A DNA stretch of 64,000 nt from contig CM075992.1 of assembly GCA_038087875.1 (NCBI GenBank), positions 9,674,001 through 9,738,000 of the forward strand. Reading direction: 5' to 3'. A model generated the notes under the pieces. The model worked only from the letters and a program-made list of their open reading frames with translations. It had not been told where the DNA came from and made no database searches. Positions 11,134 to 24,879 of this stretch are shown here, piece by piece (positions within the stretch are counted from its first letter, which is position 1; each line of letters starts with the position of its first letter). This DNA comes from Malacoraja senta. Lineage: Eukaryota. A program made the position numbers and the translations under genes.

Positions 11134-12689
11134 ACCCATTCCTTCTCTCCAGAGATGCTGCCTGTCCCGCTGAGTTACTCCAGCATTTTGTGTCTAAGTG
11201 TGTTTCAGTGATTGGGACCAAGACACTTTGTTACTCTGGGGGTGATTATAGAGCTGGCTCATCACTCTTGGTGGTCAGTCATTGATCAATTGATTGCTTG
11301 AAAGATACAGCACGGAAACAGGCCCTTCGGCCCACAGTCCATGCTGACCAATGATCACCCATTCACACGAGTCCTATGTTATCCCACTTTCATATCCACT
11401 CCCAACACATGAGGGACTGATTAACCTGTCTTTGGGATGTGGGAGGAAACCGGAGCACCCGGAGGAAACCCATGCGGTAACAAGGAGAACGTGCAAAGTC
11501 CACACAGACAGCACCTGAGGTCAGGATCGAACCCGGGTCTCTGGTGCTCTGAGGCAGCAGCTCTACCATCCGCATACTTAGCCCTCTAGATGAACTCTGG
11601 GACCCTGCAAGGCTTCCCAGGAGCCTGACTGCTTCAAGTGCCAACCTTCCCACTCCTATTGTAAAGACTTTACCAACCAGATGGAGGCCATTTGGCCCAT
11701 CATGACTGTTCTCTATGTGGTAAGGGTGGCACGGTGACTCAGTGGTAGGGTTGCTGCTGCCTTTTACAGCGCTTACAGTGCCAGAGACCTGGGTCCGATC
11801 CTGGCTATGAGTGCTTGTCTGTACGGAGTTTGTACGTTCTCCCCATGACATGCGTCAGTTTTCGCTAATATGTAGGGAGTGAATGAGAAAGTGGGATAGC
11901 AAAGAACTAATGTGAACAGGTGATCGATGGTCGACGTGGACTCAGTGGGATGAAGGGCCTGTTTCCGTGCTATAGCTCTAAACTCAGCGGGTCGGGCAGC
12001 CTCTGTGAGGGGAAAGGGCAGACACCCGACTTCAGACTGATGAAGGGTCCCGACATGAAATCAAACCTGGGTCCCTGGCGATGCAAGGTAGCAACTCTGG
12101 GCCGCACGGTGGTGCCAGAGACCCGGGGTCTCGGTGCCAGAGACTAAGGGTCTTGACCCGAAACGTCACCTATTCCTTCACTCCATAGATGCTGTCTCAT
12201 TCGCTGAGTTCCTCCAGCATTTTTGTCCACCTTCGATTTTTCCAACATCTGCCGTTCTTTCTTAAACAGTTATAATTATACAATAATGACACCAAACCAA
12301 TTAGCCTACCAACCTGTACGTCCTTTGGAGTGTGGGAAGAAACCGGAGAAAACCCATGCGGTCACGGGGAGAACGGACAAACTCCGTACAGACAGCACCC
12401 GTAGTCAGGATGGAACCAGGGTCTCCGGTGCTGTGAGGCAGCAACTCTACCGCTGCGCCACCCTAATAGCTGCTTCCCGCAGCAACGCCACTATCCATAT
12501 TTGAGGAGCAACATGTAAAGATGGAATTATTGGGGCAAGGAACATGTGACACAATGTTCAGCCTCACAGGGAACACTCCCCACTCCACAGAAACATTTCC
12601 ACAGTCTCCACAGAAGCATTGCCACAGTTCAATATAACACAATGAATCTGCTGGCATAAGTGTGGCTTGTGATTCAACAGGGAACATAG

Positions 12690-13365
12690 AACATAGAACA
12701 GTACAGTACAGGAGCGGGCCCATTGGACAACATTGTCTGCACCGAACATGATGCCAGGACCAACTCTTATGAGCCTGCACGTGATCCATATCCTTCCATT
12801 CCCTGCATGTCCCTTTTTGTAACCATGGTATATAGGTGGCTTGTCCCAGTGGAGCTCTGCCTAATGGTGGCCGCGAGGATATTGCTGCCAGACGACTTGG
12901 TAATGGGAATGCCACAGCCCAGGAACAGGCCATTCGGCCCACAATGACTGTGCCGAGCATGATGGCAGATTACACTAAACCCCTCTGCCTGCACATGATA
13001 TCTTACCATTCTCTGCATGTCCATGTGCCTATCCAAAAGCTCCTAAATGCCACTATTGCATCTGCCTCCACCACCACCCCAGGCAGTGCGTTCCAGGCAC
13101 GGTAGGCACCCACCACCCTCTGTGTAAAGAACTTGCCCTGCACATCACCTTTAAACTTTACTCCTCTCAACTTAAAGCTGTGGCCTCTCCTGTTTGATAT
13201 TTCTATTCTGGGAAAAAGGATCTGACTGTCTAACCTATCTATGCCTCTAAGTATCTATAATACCATTAAGTATTTTATCTACCTCCATCAGGTCTCCCCA
13301 CCTTCCAGACAGAACAATCCAAGTCTGGCCAACCTCTCCTTGTAACTAACACGCACTAATCCAGG
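12690..13365 (-). mobile_element. CR1/HER1 LINE 3' fragments (degenerate)
   Basis: Reverse complement of the CR1 RT C-terminus (FTQRVV..WN.LP) and ACATAGA-type tails. Confidence 0.7.
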
Positions 13366-14244
13366 CATCAAGTATGCAGATGATACAACGGTGATTGGCC
13401 TCATCAGCAACAACGATGAGTCGGCCTATAGGGAGGTGGTCCAGCTCCTAGCAGCATGGTGCGCTGACAACAACCTGGCCCTTAACTCCAAGAAGACCAA
13501 GGAGCTCATTGTAGACTTCAGGAAGTCTAGGGGCGGCATGCACAACCCCATCCACATTAACGGGAGGGAGGTGGAACGTGTTTCCAGCTTCAGGTTCCTG
13601 GGGGTCAACATCTCCGATGACCTCTCTTGGACCAACAATACCTCAACTCTGGTCAAGAAGGCTCACCAGCGTCTCTTCTTCCTGAGGAGACTAAAGAAGG
13701 TCCATCTGTCTCCTCGGATTCTGGTGAACTTCTACCGCTGCACCATCGAGAGCATCCTTACCAACTGCATCACAGTATGGTATGGCAACTGCTCTGTCTC
13801 CGACCGGAAAGCACTGCAGAGGGTGGTGAAAATTGCCCAACGCATCACCGGTTCCTCACTCCCCACCATTGAGTCTGTCCAAAGCAAGCGTTGTCTGCGA
13901 AGGGCGCTCAGCATCGCCAAGGACTGCTCTCACCCCAACCACAGACTGTTTACCCTCCTACCATCCGGGAGGCGCTACAGGTCTCTCCGTTGCCGGACCA
14001 GCAGGTCCAGGAACAGCTTCTTCCCTGCGGCGGTTACACTACTCAACACTGTACCTCGGTGACTGCCAATCACACCCCCCCCCCCCCCGGACACTCCTCC
14101 CACCAGGATTTATTAGATTTATTTATTTACTGCTCATATTTATGTCGCTCTTCTAGGGAGATGCTAACTGCATTTCGTTGTCTCTGTACTGTACACTGCA
14201 CTATGACAATAAAGTTGAATCTGAATGTGAATCTGAATCTGAAT
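13366..14244 (+). mobile_element. Rex1/Babar LINE, 5'-truncated, with uninterrupted RT C-terminal ORF (13391-14062)
   Basis: IKYADDTTVIGLISNNDESAYR...KTKELIVDFRK...FLGVNISDDLSW...QRLFFLRRLKK...LPSGRRYRS; (CTGAAT)n tail. Confidence 0.92.
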
Positions 14245-14478
14245 CATAGTCATAGAGTGATACTGTGTGGAAACAGACCCTTCGGCCCAACTTGCCCACA
14301 CCGGCCAACATGTCCCAGCTACACGAGTCCCACCTGCCCGCATTTGTCCCATATCCCTCCAAACCTGTCCTATCCATGTACTTGTCTAACTGTTTCTTAA
14401 ACGCTGGGATAGTCCCAGCCTCAACTACCTCCTCTGGCAGCTTGTTCCATACACCCACCACCCTTTGTGTGAAAAATC
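14245..14478 (-). mobile_element. CR1/HER1 LINE 3' end
   Basis: VVGVWNKLPEEVVEAGTI..FKKQLDKYM; CTATGA tail. Confidence 0.85.
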
Positions 14479-15594
14479 ATTCTCGTAAGCCTCCTCTCTA
14501 TCCTTCCAAAGTCTTCAAGGGTAATTGTTTTCCACCAGCATGAAGTCAAAGAAAGGACAAGAAAGGGGCCCAGCGGTGGAGATGCTGCCTTGCAAATAAT
14601 CCTGGTTTGATCCTGATTACGGGTGCTGTCTCTATGGAGTTTGTTGGTTCTACCTGTGACCGCATGGGTTTTCTCCGGGTGCTCCGGTTTCCTCCCACAC
14701 TCCAAAGATACGCAGGTTTGTATGTTAATTGGCTTCCCTCATGTGGAAGATGGAACAAGTGTACGGACAATCGATGGTCGGCGCAGACTCGATGGACCGA
14801 AGGGCCTGTTTCCATGCTATATCTCTGGAGCTAAAACTAAACAACGAAAGATCCACGACTTTTCAGTGCTCTCACGTCCCAAAGACGTGTGGGTTTGTAG
14901 GTTAATTGGATTCTATAAATTGTTCATAGTATGTAGGCTGTAACTAGTATGCAGATGATCAAGGGTGAGCATGGACTCGGTGGGCTGAAGGGCCTGTTTC
15001 AATGTTGTAACACTGAACTAAACTAAGCTAAACTAAAGATACTCTTGGACAGCCAGCAACAGTAAGCCTGCCTGAGAGCATCTGCTCTCCAGATAGTTTG
15101 TAATCATTACATTGTCCCAGCCACCCACAGCTTCTGAATGGGAACACCGGATTTTGGGACCTGGGACTTGTTTGTGTCAAATTGTGGCAGGGTTTGCACA
15201 AACACCATGTGTGCAAACTGTGTCGGGTGGGGGGCAGAGGGGGAGGGGGGACAGAGTATTCTCCTCAGACTGCAGTAGACGGGCTGTACATGTGTGGTCT
15301 TGTCGCCCCATGCGATGCTGAGGGGAACGCAGACTCTATGGACCGAGGTGGTTGCCACACACACCACGCAGATACAATCCACTGTTTATAGAACTTCCTG
15401 CCTTGTGGTATAGAGTGGGAGAATCGATAAGCTACTGTACCTCCCACGCTAGTCTGCTGCTCCGATAAGCACTCCCACCAGCTAACATAAGGCATGCAGT
15501 GTTCAGTGGGGAGAGAGCAAGTCTATATCAAGCATACACATGCTTTCCCTCTCAACCCCATTTTCCTGTCTTCTCTCCATAACCCCTGACAACC

Positions 15595-15975
15595 CTGAAA
15601 CATACAGAATAGTGAAAGGCCTGGATAGAGTGGACGTGAAGAGGATATTTCCACTAGTGGGAGAGTCTAGGACCAGAGGTCACAGCCTCAGGATTAAAGG
15701 ACGTTCTTCTAGGAAGGAGATGAGGAGAAATTTCTTTAGTCAGAGGGTGGTGAATCTGTGGAATTCTTTGCCACAGAAGGCTGTGGAGGCCAAGTCATTG
15801 GATATTTTTAAGGCAGAGATAGATAGATTATTGATTAGTACGGGTGTCAGGTGTTATGGAGAGAAGGCAGGAGAATGGGGTTTGAAGGAAGAGATCGATC
15901 AGCCATGATTGAATGGCAGAGTAGACTTGATGGGCCAAATGGCTTAATTCTACTCCTATCACTTATGACCTTATG
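15595..15975 (+). mobile_element. CR1/HER1 LINE 3' fragment
   Basis: ETYRIVKGLDRVD...RTRGHSLRIKG...FFSQRVVNLWNSLP. Confidence 0.9.
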
Positions 15976-16004
15976 ATACCCGTACTAATCAAGAATCTCT
16001 CTCT

Positions 16005-16248
16005 CTCTCCCTCCCCCGCCCAAGTTGCACCAACTTCTCTTTTCACCCAACAGACAGCTAACAATGACCTGTTTCCTTTATCATCGTAACTTTTTGCACA
16101 TCTGTCATTCAATGATCTTTATCTCCCCGCATCACTGTCTGTATCTCTCCTTTCCCTTTCCCGTGACTTTCAGTCTGAAGAAGGGTCTCGACCCGAAAGG
16201 TCACCCATTCCTTCTCTCCAGAGATGCTGCCTGTCCATCTGAGTTACT
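16005..16248 (+). mobile_element. Penelope terminal repeat with near-intact hammerhead motif (16175)
   Basis: CTGAAGAAGGGTCTCGACCCGAAAGGTC followed by CAGAGATGCTGCCTG. Confidence 0.7.
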
Positions 16249-17362
16249 ATAATAATTGGGATGGGAATACCATCAAAGTTTGCAAATGGAAGAAGTGTAA
16301 TGCACAAGGTTGGTGAGCTGCAGGTGCCTTGAACCACCAAGCATCATACACAATCTTAAAGAAATAATTGCAAGCTGCTAAAATAGCGAAGAACAGGTTC
16401 AAATTATTCTTGGAAATAGCGTAGTGGCCATATGGAACACGCTGCCATAGGAAGTGGTTGAGGCTGGTACAATAATAACATTTAAAAGTCAATTGGACAG
16501 TGTATAAAATCATGAGAAATAGATTGTGTAGATGCACAGAGTCTCTTGCCCAGAAAAGGTGAATCGAGGACCAGAGGGCATGGGTTTAAGGTGAAGGGGA
16601 AAAGATTTAATAGGAATCTGAAGGGTAACTTCTTCACACAAAGGGCAGTATGGAACAAGCTGCCAGAGGAGGTCATTGAGGCTGGGACTATCCCATCGCT
16701 TAAGAAACAGTTAGACAGGTCCATGGATAGGACAGGTTTGGAGGGATATGGACCAAGTGCAGGCAGGTGAGACTAGTATAGCTGGGCAAGTTGGGCCAAA
16801 GGGCCTGTTTCCACAGTGTATCACTCTATGACTCTGTGTATGGATAGGAAAGGTTTAGAGGGTTGTGGGCCAAACACAGACAAATAGGACTAGTTTAGAT
16901 AGGATGTTTTGGTCAGAATGGATTAGTTGGGCAGTGGGGCCACTTCATTGGTGTATGACTCTAACAAGCTCCACATCAACCACCCATTTACACTAATGCT
17001 AAGTGAATGTCCCTTTTCCTCTCCTTCCTATATTCTCCTCAGCTCTGTCTGAATCCTACCACTCACTATCACGCCAGGGACAATTTATAACTTCCGTTTA
17101 CCCTACCAATACCTTGGAATGTGGGAGGAAACCGGAGCACCCGGGGAAAACCCAGGGAGATCACAGGGAGAACGTACAAACTCCGTATGGACAGCAACCT
17201 TAGTCAGGATTGAACCTGGGTCTCTGGCGCTGTGAGGCAGCAACTTTACCGCTGCGTCACCGTGCTAGCCCGCTTCTTTACCACTTTTTCCGGCGATTGG
17301 GCCAGAGGATAATATAGTCATACAGCACGGAAACAGGCCCTTCGGCCCAAGTTGCCCATGCT

Positions 17363-17745
17363 TGAATTGAATTGAATTGAATTTCCTTTACTGTCATTCA
17401 AACAATAGTTTGAACAAAATTGCGTACCTGGCAGTCATGACAGAAAAAAAGCAACGAAACGCACAATGAACACAATTTAACACAAACATCACAGTGAATC
17501 TCCAGGCACCTCCTCACTGTGATGGAAGGCAAAAAGTCTTCTCTCATCCTTGCTTGTTCTCCCGCTGCGTCGAGGCGATCGAGGCTCTCGATGTTGAAGC
17601 CCCCGCCGGGTGATGGTAAATCCCGCGGCCGATTCCGATTCCAAGCTCCGCGAACGGGCCGATTCAAACTCTGCAACTCGGGGCGGACGAAGCTGCTACC
17701 CTCCAGTCCAACGCACGAAGCTGCCGTTGCGGGAGCTCCCGAAAA
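17363..17745 (-). mobile_element. CpG-rich non-autonomous retroelement fragment with (ATTCA)n tail
   Basis: Tail GAATTGAATTG on the plus strand; shares sequence with 19724-19780 and 25500-25600. Confidence 0.55.
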
Positions 17746-18654
17746 TGCTGACCAAGATGCCCCATCTACACTAGTCCCATTTGGCCCATATCCCTCTAAA
17801 TCCTTCCAATCCATGTACCTGTCCAAATGCCATCTAAATGCTGTTATAGTACCTGCATGAGCTACCTCCTCTGGCAGCTCGTTCCTTATACTCAACACCT
17901 TCTGTGAATATGAATTATCATAGAATCAGACATGCAGTGGGTATGGTAAGCAGATATGGAAAACAGGCTGGAGTCGGGCCATTCACTTCCATGAATCTTC
18001 TCCAAAACGCAACGGGCAAGCATCATACTTACAATGAAGGAGTGAAGAAGGGCTCCGACTCTAAACGTCACCTATCCATTTTCTCCAGAGATGCTGCCTG
18101 ACCCGCTGAGTTACTCCAGCAGTGTGCTCTTTAAAAGTGCATCCGCACTCACATATTCACAGACGCACATACTAGTGCATCCACACTCAAATCTGCGCAC
18201 ACACGCACACTTCAGTGTTACTCCAGCATTTGTGTCTATCATTGGTATAAACTGGGATCTGCACTTCATAAGGTCATAAGTGATAGGAATGTCAGTGGAC
18301 AGTGTGGAATGTGGGATGATGTGATAAGGTAATAAGGTCAAGGTCATGTCAAAGGAGCAGAATAAGGCCATTCGAACCATCTAGTATACTCCGCCATTCA
18401 ATCATGGCTGATCTATCTCTCCCACTGAACCCGTTCTCCTGCCTTCTCCCCATAACCCCTGATTAAGAATCAAGTCCTAATCAAGAATCTATCTATTTCT
18501 GCCTTAAAAATAGCCATTGACAGCATCCACAGCCTTCTGTGGCAAAGAATTCCACAGATTCACCACCCACGGACTAAATATATTCCTAGAGGAACATCCT
18601 TTAGTTCTGAGACTATGACCTCCAATCCTGAACTCTCCCACTTTCACAAGTTAT

Positions 18655-19523
18655 AGCAGTAGAATTAGGCCATTCTGCCCATCGGGTCTACTCCATTGTT
18701 CAACCAAGGCTGATTTTTCTCTCCCTCCAAACCCCATTCTCCTCCTTTCTCCCCATAATCCTTGACACCAGTTCTAATCAAGAATTTGTCTATCTCTGCC
18801 TTAGAAATATCCACTGACTTGGCCTCCACAGCCCTCTGTGGCAGTGAGTTCCACAGATTAACTACCCTCTGACAAAAGAAGTTCCTCCTCACCCCCTTTC
18901 TAAAAGAGCGCCCTTTAATTCTGAGGCTGTGACATCCGGTCCTAGACTCTCCCACCAGTGGAAACATCCTCTCCACATCCACTCTATCTATGCCTTTCGT
19001 TATTCTGTAAGATTCAATGAGGTCCGCCCTCAATCTTCTAAACTCCAATGAGTACAGGCCCAATGCTGTCAAACACTCATCATATGCTCACCCACTCATT
19101 CCTGGCATCTTTCCAGTAATCCTCCTCTGGACCCTCTCCAGAGCCAACACACCCTTCCTCAGATATGGGGCCCAAATTTGGTCACAGTTCTCCAAATGCA
19201 CCCTGACCAGCGCCTTGTAGAGCCTCAGCATTACATCTCTGTTTCTGTATTCCAGTCCTCTTGATATAAATGCTAGCATTGAATTTGCCTTCCTAACTAC
19301 CGATTCGACTTGCAAATTAACTTTTTGGCAGTCCTGTACCTGCACTCCCAAGTCCCTTTACAGTTCAAATTTCTGTATTCGCTCTCCATTTAGAAAATAA
19401 TCTACGCCTTTATTCTTATTACCAAAATGCATGACTCCACACTTTGCTAGACTGAATTTCATCTGCCACTCCTCTGCCCACTCTCCTAGCCAGTCCAAGT
19501 CCTTCTGCAGAGTCCTTGCATTT
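18655..19523 (-). mobile_element. CR1/HER1 LINE RT 3' portion, runs into gap
   Basis: ORFs 19088-19351 and 18665-19072: LQKDLD.L..WA..WQM.F...KC, LYKALVR.HLE.C.Q.W.P, LGLYSLEFRR. Confidence 0.92.
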
Positions 19524-19723
19524 NNNNNNNNNNNNNNNNNNNNNNNNNNNNNNNNNNNNNNNNNNNNNNNNNNNNNNNNNNNNNNNNNNNNNNNNNNNNN
19601 NNNNNNNNNNNNNNNNNNNNNNNNNNNNNNNNNNNNNNNNNNNNNNNNNNNNNNNNNNNNNNNNNNNNNNNNNNNNNNNNNNNNNNNNNNNNNNNNNNNN
19701 NNNNNNNNNNNNNNNNNNNNNNN
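19524..19723. other. Assembly gap (200 N)
   Basis: Run of N; unrelated elements on either side. Confidence 1.
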
Positions 19724-20432
19724 CAATTTACACATACATCCATCACAGCGCTGTGGTGGAAGGCAAAAAAACGTATCTCTCCACTGCACTCCCCCCCCCC
19801 CCCCGATGTCAGTCAAAGTCAAAGCCCCCGGTGGGCGATGGTGATTATCCCGCGGCCATTAAAGCCACGCCGGGTCTTGGTGTTAGAGCCCCGGCGCGCG
19901 CTCGCAAAGGACCGCGGCCACTCCAAGTCGCGCGGGGCGACGATGTGAAGCCCCGCTCCAGGTGCTCTTCAACCCCGCAACTCGGGCGGGAGAAGTCGCA
20001 GCTGCGGTCTCCCCCCAGGGACGCGGGCTTCCGGTGTTGCCGTCCGCCAGACCCGCGGTTGTAGCCTCCGAATCTCCGGGGGTCGGGTAGCAGCACCGAT
20101 TGTCTCCACTACAGCTCCACCCGCTCAGGACTCGGCCAGCCCCGTGACGGTGAGTAGTCCGCAGCTCCGCAACTGGAGCCCCAGGTCGTTCCTGCTGGAG
20201 GCCGCTCCACGTTGCCGAGCCCCAACGACAACGGAGACCCGACAAAGAAAAGGTCGGGTCTCCCGTGCAGGGGAAAGATTTTAAAGTTTCCCCCCCCCAC
20301 CCCCACCCCCACACCCCCACACACATACCCCGACAAAAAAAATAATAAAAACTACATAAAAACGAGACAAAAATAATAAAAAGACAGACGGACTGCAGAG
20401 GCCGCTGCTGACGAGAGTCGCGCCGCCCACCA
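19724..20432 (-). mobile_element. CpG-rich non-autonomous repeat (same group as 17363 and 28584)
   Basis: High CpG, poly-C runs, similarity to 17470-17540. Confidence 0.5.
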
Positions 20433-21139
20433 AGTCGCAGGTTAATCGGCTTGGTATAATTGTAAACTTTCCCTAGTGTGTGTGTGTAGGATAGTGTTAA
20501 TGTGCGGGGATCGCTGGTTGGCGCGAACTCGGTGGGCCGAAGGGCCTGTTTCCGCGCTGTATCTCTAACCTAAACTAAACTAAAGAAATTCCTCCTCGCC
20601 TCCTTTCTAAAAGAGCGGCCTTTAATTCTGATGCTATGACCTCTGGCCCTAGACTTCCACCAGTGGAAACATCCTTTCCACATCCACTCTATCTACAGTA
20701 TGTCTTTCATTATTCTGTAAGTTTCAATGCGGTCTCCCCTCAGCCTTCTAAACTCCAGCGAGTAGAAGCTGAGTGCTGTCAAACGCTCATCAAATGCGGT
20801 CACTGGGAGAGCGTACAAACTCCATACAGACAGCACCCGTAGTCAGGATGGAACCCGGGTCTCTTGCGCTGTGAGTCAGCAACTCTACCGCTGCGCCACC
20901 GTGCCGCATAACTTGCCTGACGAAGTGGCAATAAAATGATTCAGGGACCCTCAAAGCCTCAGAGCCAGATATCTGCCCTGTTAAACATCTAACACCAGGC
21001 AAGAGGGAGAGTTACAAACAGCTGTGTTCATTTAAGTTGTGTTTTATGGCCCTAACTCCGCACCTCCCATCCTCACTCTGCTCTCAACCAGCCATCAACA
21101 TTATTTTTTTATACTTTGAGATAAGGCCACAAAAAAACG

Positions 21140-21447
21140 TTTTGTAACCCTTGCATCCCCTCTCTCTCCGTCCCTCCCCCACCCAAGTCTCAAAGTCGTC
21201 TTGTTGCGTCTCATTAGATGTAACTCCTAGCCCACAATGTGTAGGAAGGAACTGCAGATGCTGGTTTAAACCGAGGATAGACACATAAAGCTGGAGTAAC
21301 TCAGCGGGACAGGCAGCATCTCTGGGGAGAAGGAATGGGTGACATTTTGGGTCGAGATCTTTCTTCAAACTCGAAACATCACCCATTCCTTCTCTCCAGA
21401 GATGCTGCCTGACCTGCTAAATTACTCCAGCACTTTGTGTCTATCTT
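21140..21447. mobile_element. Penelope terminal repeats in head-to-head fold-back arrangement
   Basis: GCTGGAGTAACTCAGC...GCAGCATCTCTGG.GAGAAGGAATGGGTGA and its reverse complement around ~21360. Confidence 0.75.
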
Positions 21448-22074
21448 CCATTAAAGACAAGACTTCAAGACAGCTGGGATACTCTGCCAGACTGAATCCA
21501 CTGTGTCTTTTGCTTGCAAAAGCATGTTGATTTTACTGCAGAATAAATGTTGGTGAATTTATGGGGCCGTGGAGGCGAATATATTGCACGATCCAGGCTA
21601 TGATTCATAATCTGTTATAAAAAACATTTAAATGTTGGGATGCTGATCCTGATGTTGTTTTTCTGGAGCAGGAACTTGACTCTGTTTTATGAATTGCACA
21701 TGTGGCCGACTGATCCCCTGACACCGAGCTTAAAAAATGCATGTGTTATTATTGTTTTCACTGGGACTTGGTTACGGATTCCTCAAAGTTGGTTCCAGTG
21801 AAAGTCAGGAAGGAAAGTCGATGTGGAACTCACTGTTACAACTTGCGAATACTGCGCCAACAACTCCCCCTCTTCAACAAGCTACCACCAACAGCGAGGG
21901 CATGGGTTCGATCCTGACTACGGGTGCTGTCTGTACAGAGTTTGCACGTTCTCCTCGTGACCGCATGGGTTTTTTCCGGGTGCTCCAGTTTTCTCCCACA
22001 CTCCAAAGACGTGCAGGTTTGAAGGTTAATTGGCTTTGGTACAATGGTAAATTGTCCCTTGTGCGTATGTAGTT

Positions 22075-22260
22075 TAGTATAGTTTAATTAGTTTAATTAG
22101 TTTAGTTAGTTTAGTTTAGTTTAGTTTAGTTTAGTTTAGTTCAGTTCAGTTCCGTTCAGAGAGACAGCATTGAAACAGGCCCTTCGGCCCACCAAGTTTA
22201 GTTTAGTTTCGTTTAGTTTGGGTTAGTTTCGTTCAGTTTAGGGTAGTTTAGTTTAGTTTA
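22075..22260. repeat. (TTTAG)n SINE-tail expansions; (ACTAG)n at 22603-22648
   Basis: Seen directly. Confidence 0.9.
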
Positions 22261-23124
22261 GAGATCCAGTGCAGTAATAGGGCTCTTCGGCCCACAGAGT
22301 CCACGCCGACCACCAATCACCCCGTATACTAACTGCCCTACACACACAATGGACAATTTACAATTCTTCCAAGCCAATTATCCTACAAACCTGTACGTCT
22401 TTGGAGTGTTGGAGGAAACTGGAGAAAACCCACATAGGTCACGGGGAGAACGTTCAAAGTCCATACAGACAGCACCCGAGTCTCTGGCTCTTTGAGGCAG
22501 CAACTCTACCACTGCAACACCGTGCTGCTGTGTAGGATAGTGTTCGTATGCGGGGATCACTGGTCAGTACGGACCTGGTGGGTAAAATGGTCTGTTACCC
22601 ACTAGACTAGACTAGACTAGACTAAACTAGACTAGACTAGACTAGACTAATGGAAGCCCACCAGCTCTCATGTCCAGTTAACCATGTCCACTGTTAACCC
22701 ACACCCATAAGGCCCTTCATTCATCGGCTCTGGTTCTAGGTGTCGGAACCAGCCGCTAAGAGCCCCTTTAACCACCAAGTACAGAGGTATGAAGACCATT
22801 CCAGACGAAGGTCATGAGAATGATCCCAGGGATAGAAACATGGACAATGGGTGCAGGAGTAGGCCATTCAGCCCTTCAAGCCTGCACTGCCATTCAATAT
22901 GATCATGGCTGATCATCCAAAATCAGTACCCCGTTCCTGCTTTTTCCCTATATCCCTTGATTTCTTTAGCCCTAAGAGCTAAGAGCTAAATCTAACTCAA
23001 TGTACAAACTCCGTACATACAGCATCCGTAGTTGGGATCGAACCCGGGTCTCTGTAAGGCAGTGGATGATTAGGTTAATGCATAATGAGCCTTTGATTGT
23101 TCTGGGTCTGTACATGAGTTTTGG

Positions 23125-23500
23125 AGGACAAGGGGGCATCCTCATGGAAACCTATTGAATAATAAAAGGCCTGGATAGAGTGGATGTGGAGAGCATATTT
23201 CCAGTAGAGGGAGAGTCTAGGACCAGAGGTCACAGCTTCAGAATAAACTGACTTACATTTAGAATGGAGACGAGGAGGAATTTCTTTAGTCAGAGGGTGG
23301 TGAATCTGTGGAATTCTTTGCCACAGGCAACCGTGTTCGGCCAAGTTATATTTAAAGCAGAGATAGATAGATTCTTGATTAGTAAGGGTGTCAGGGGTTA
23401 TGGGTAGGGGGCAGGAGAATGGGGTTAGGATGGAGAGATAGATCAGCCGTGATTGAATGTTGGGCCGAATGGCCTAATTCTGCTAGTCCTGTGATCTCAT
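23125..23500 (+). mobile_element. CR1/HER1 LINE 3' fragment
   Basis: Same nucleotide consensus as 15595-15975. Confidence 0.85.
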
Positions 23501-23598
23501 GATTCACCAACCCTTCTCAAGGGGAACTCGTATTGGGCAACTCCACTGTTCTTGCTGAGGAGAATAGAACAGAGTACAGAATACTGAACTGAGAGTTC

Positions 23599-23928
23599 AG
23601 GGTGGCACAGTGATGCAGCGGTAGAGTTGCTGCCTTACAGCGCTTGCAGCGCCAGAGACCCAGCTTCGATCCTGACTGTGGGTGCTGTCTGTACCGAGTT
23701 GGTATGATCTCCCCGTGTCCTGCGTGGGTTTTCTCCGAGATCTTCGGTTTCCTCCCATACAGCAAAGACGTGCAGGTTTGGAGGTTAATTGGCTTGGTGT
23801 ATGTGCAAATTGTCCCTAGTGAGTGTAGGAGAGTATTAATGTGCGGGGATCGCTGGTTGGTGAAGACTCGGTGGACCGAAGGGCTTGTTTCTGCGCTGTA
23901 TTTCTAAACTAAACTAAACTAAACTAAA
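23599..23928 (+). mobile_element. HE1 SINE
   Basis: Head, V-domain and (AAACT)n tail. Confidence 0.88.
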
Positions 23929-24879
23929 GTTACAAAGGCTTCGGGAGCTGCTCACGGGTCAGGGCTGGACATCAGAACTCTCAGACGCCATTCCACTGCA
24001 CGGGAATTGCAAAGACTGAAAAGCAAACACTGCTCCGGTTTCCTCCCACATCCCAAAGACGTACAGGTTTGTAGGTTAATTGGTTTGGTATAAGTGTAAA
24101 TTGCCCCTAGTGTGTGTAGGATAGTGTAAGTGCACAGGGATCGCTGGTCGGTGCCGACTCGGTGGGCCGAATGGCCTGATTTCACATTGTATCTCAAAAC
24201 TAAGCTAAACTAAACTAAATGGATCAATGGAATTCTCACTTTCAAACTCAAGGGGAAACACCATTCACTAAATGCCCCTAGGGTGTACGGAGTGGATGGG
24301 TAAGTGGGATAACACAGAACAGGTGAGCGATGGTCGGCGTGGACTCAGTGGGTTGAAGGGCCTGTTTCCATGCTGTATCTCTAAACTAAACTAAACCTGG
24401 GTTCAGCATTGCGAGATAACTGCCTGAACCATTTTGTGTCCAGTAAAATGGAAAAGGCAATCTGAAAAATCTGTATCAACTGTGTGGCAAAACGTTCTCA
24501 TGCCTGGTGCTGTGTAGGAAACACTGCACAGCCCCTTCTGCAGGTCAGAGTTAGGGTTACCTAGTGTAGTTTCCTTAGACTGCTCCGTGGATCAGAGAAC
24601 TGCGACCAAAATAGTAACGTACACTGGAATGAATGATACTGTGCCGTCATGTGTACCTAGGTATAGTACACAACCTGGGCAGTAGACAAGTGTTGCCACG
24701 TCTCGGCACCGACAGGGTTACAACAGTTCACCGAATGGTCCTATCTAGTGCCTGCCGCAGCACATGACAGCAAGGCCCCCCACCCTCCCCCCACCTTCCT
24801 TCTCGGCGACCCCCTCCCCCCCACCGGGTCATCCTTACTTCCACTCCTTCTCAGCGGCACCCCCTCATTCATTGTTCTT

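Noticed and set aside
19358..20064. ORFs spanning the N run
   Set aside because: Artefacts of the assembly gap.
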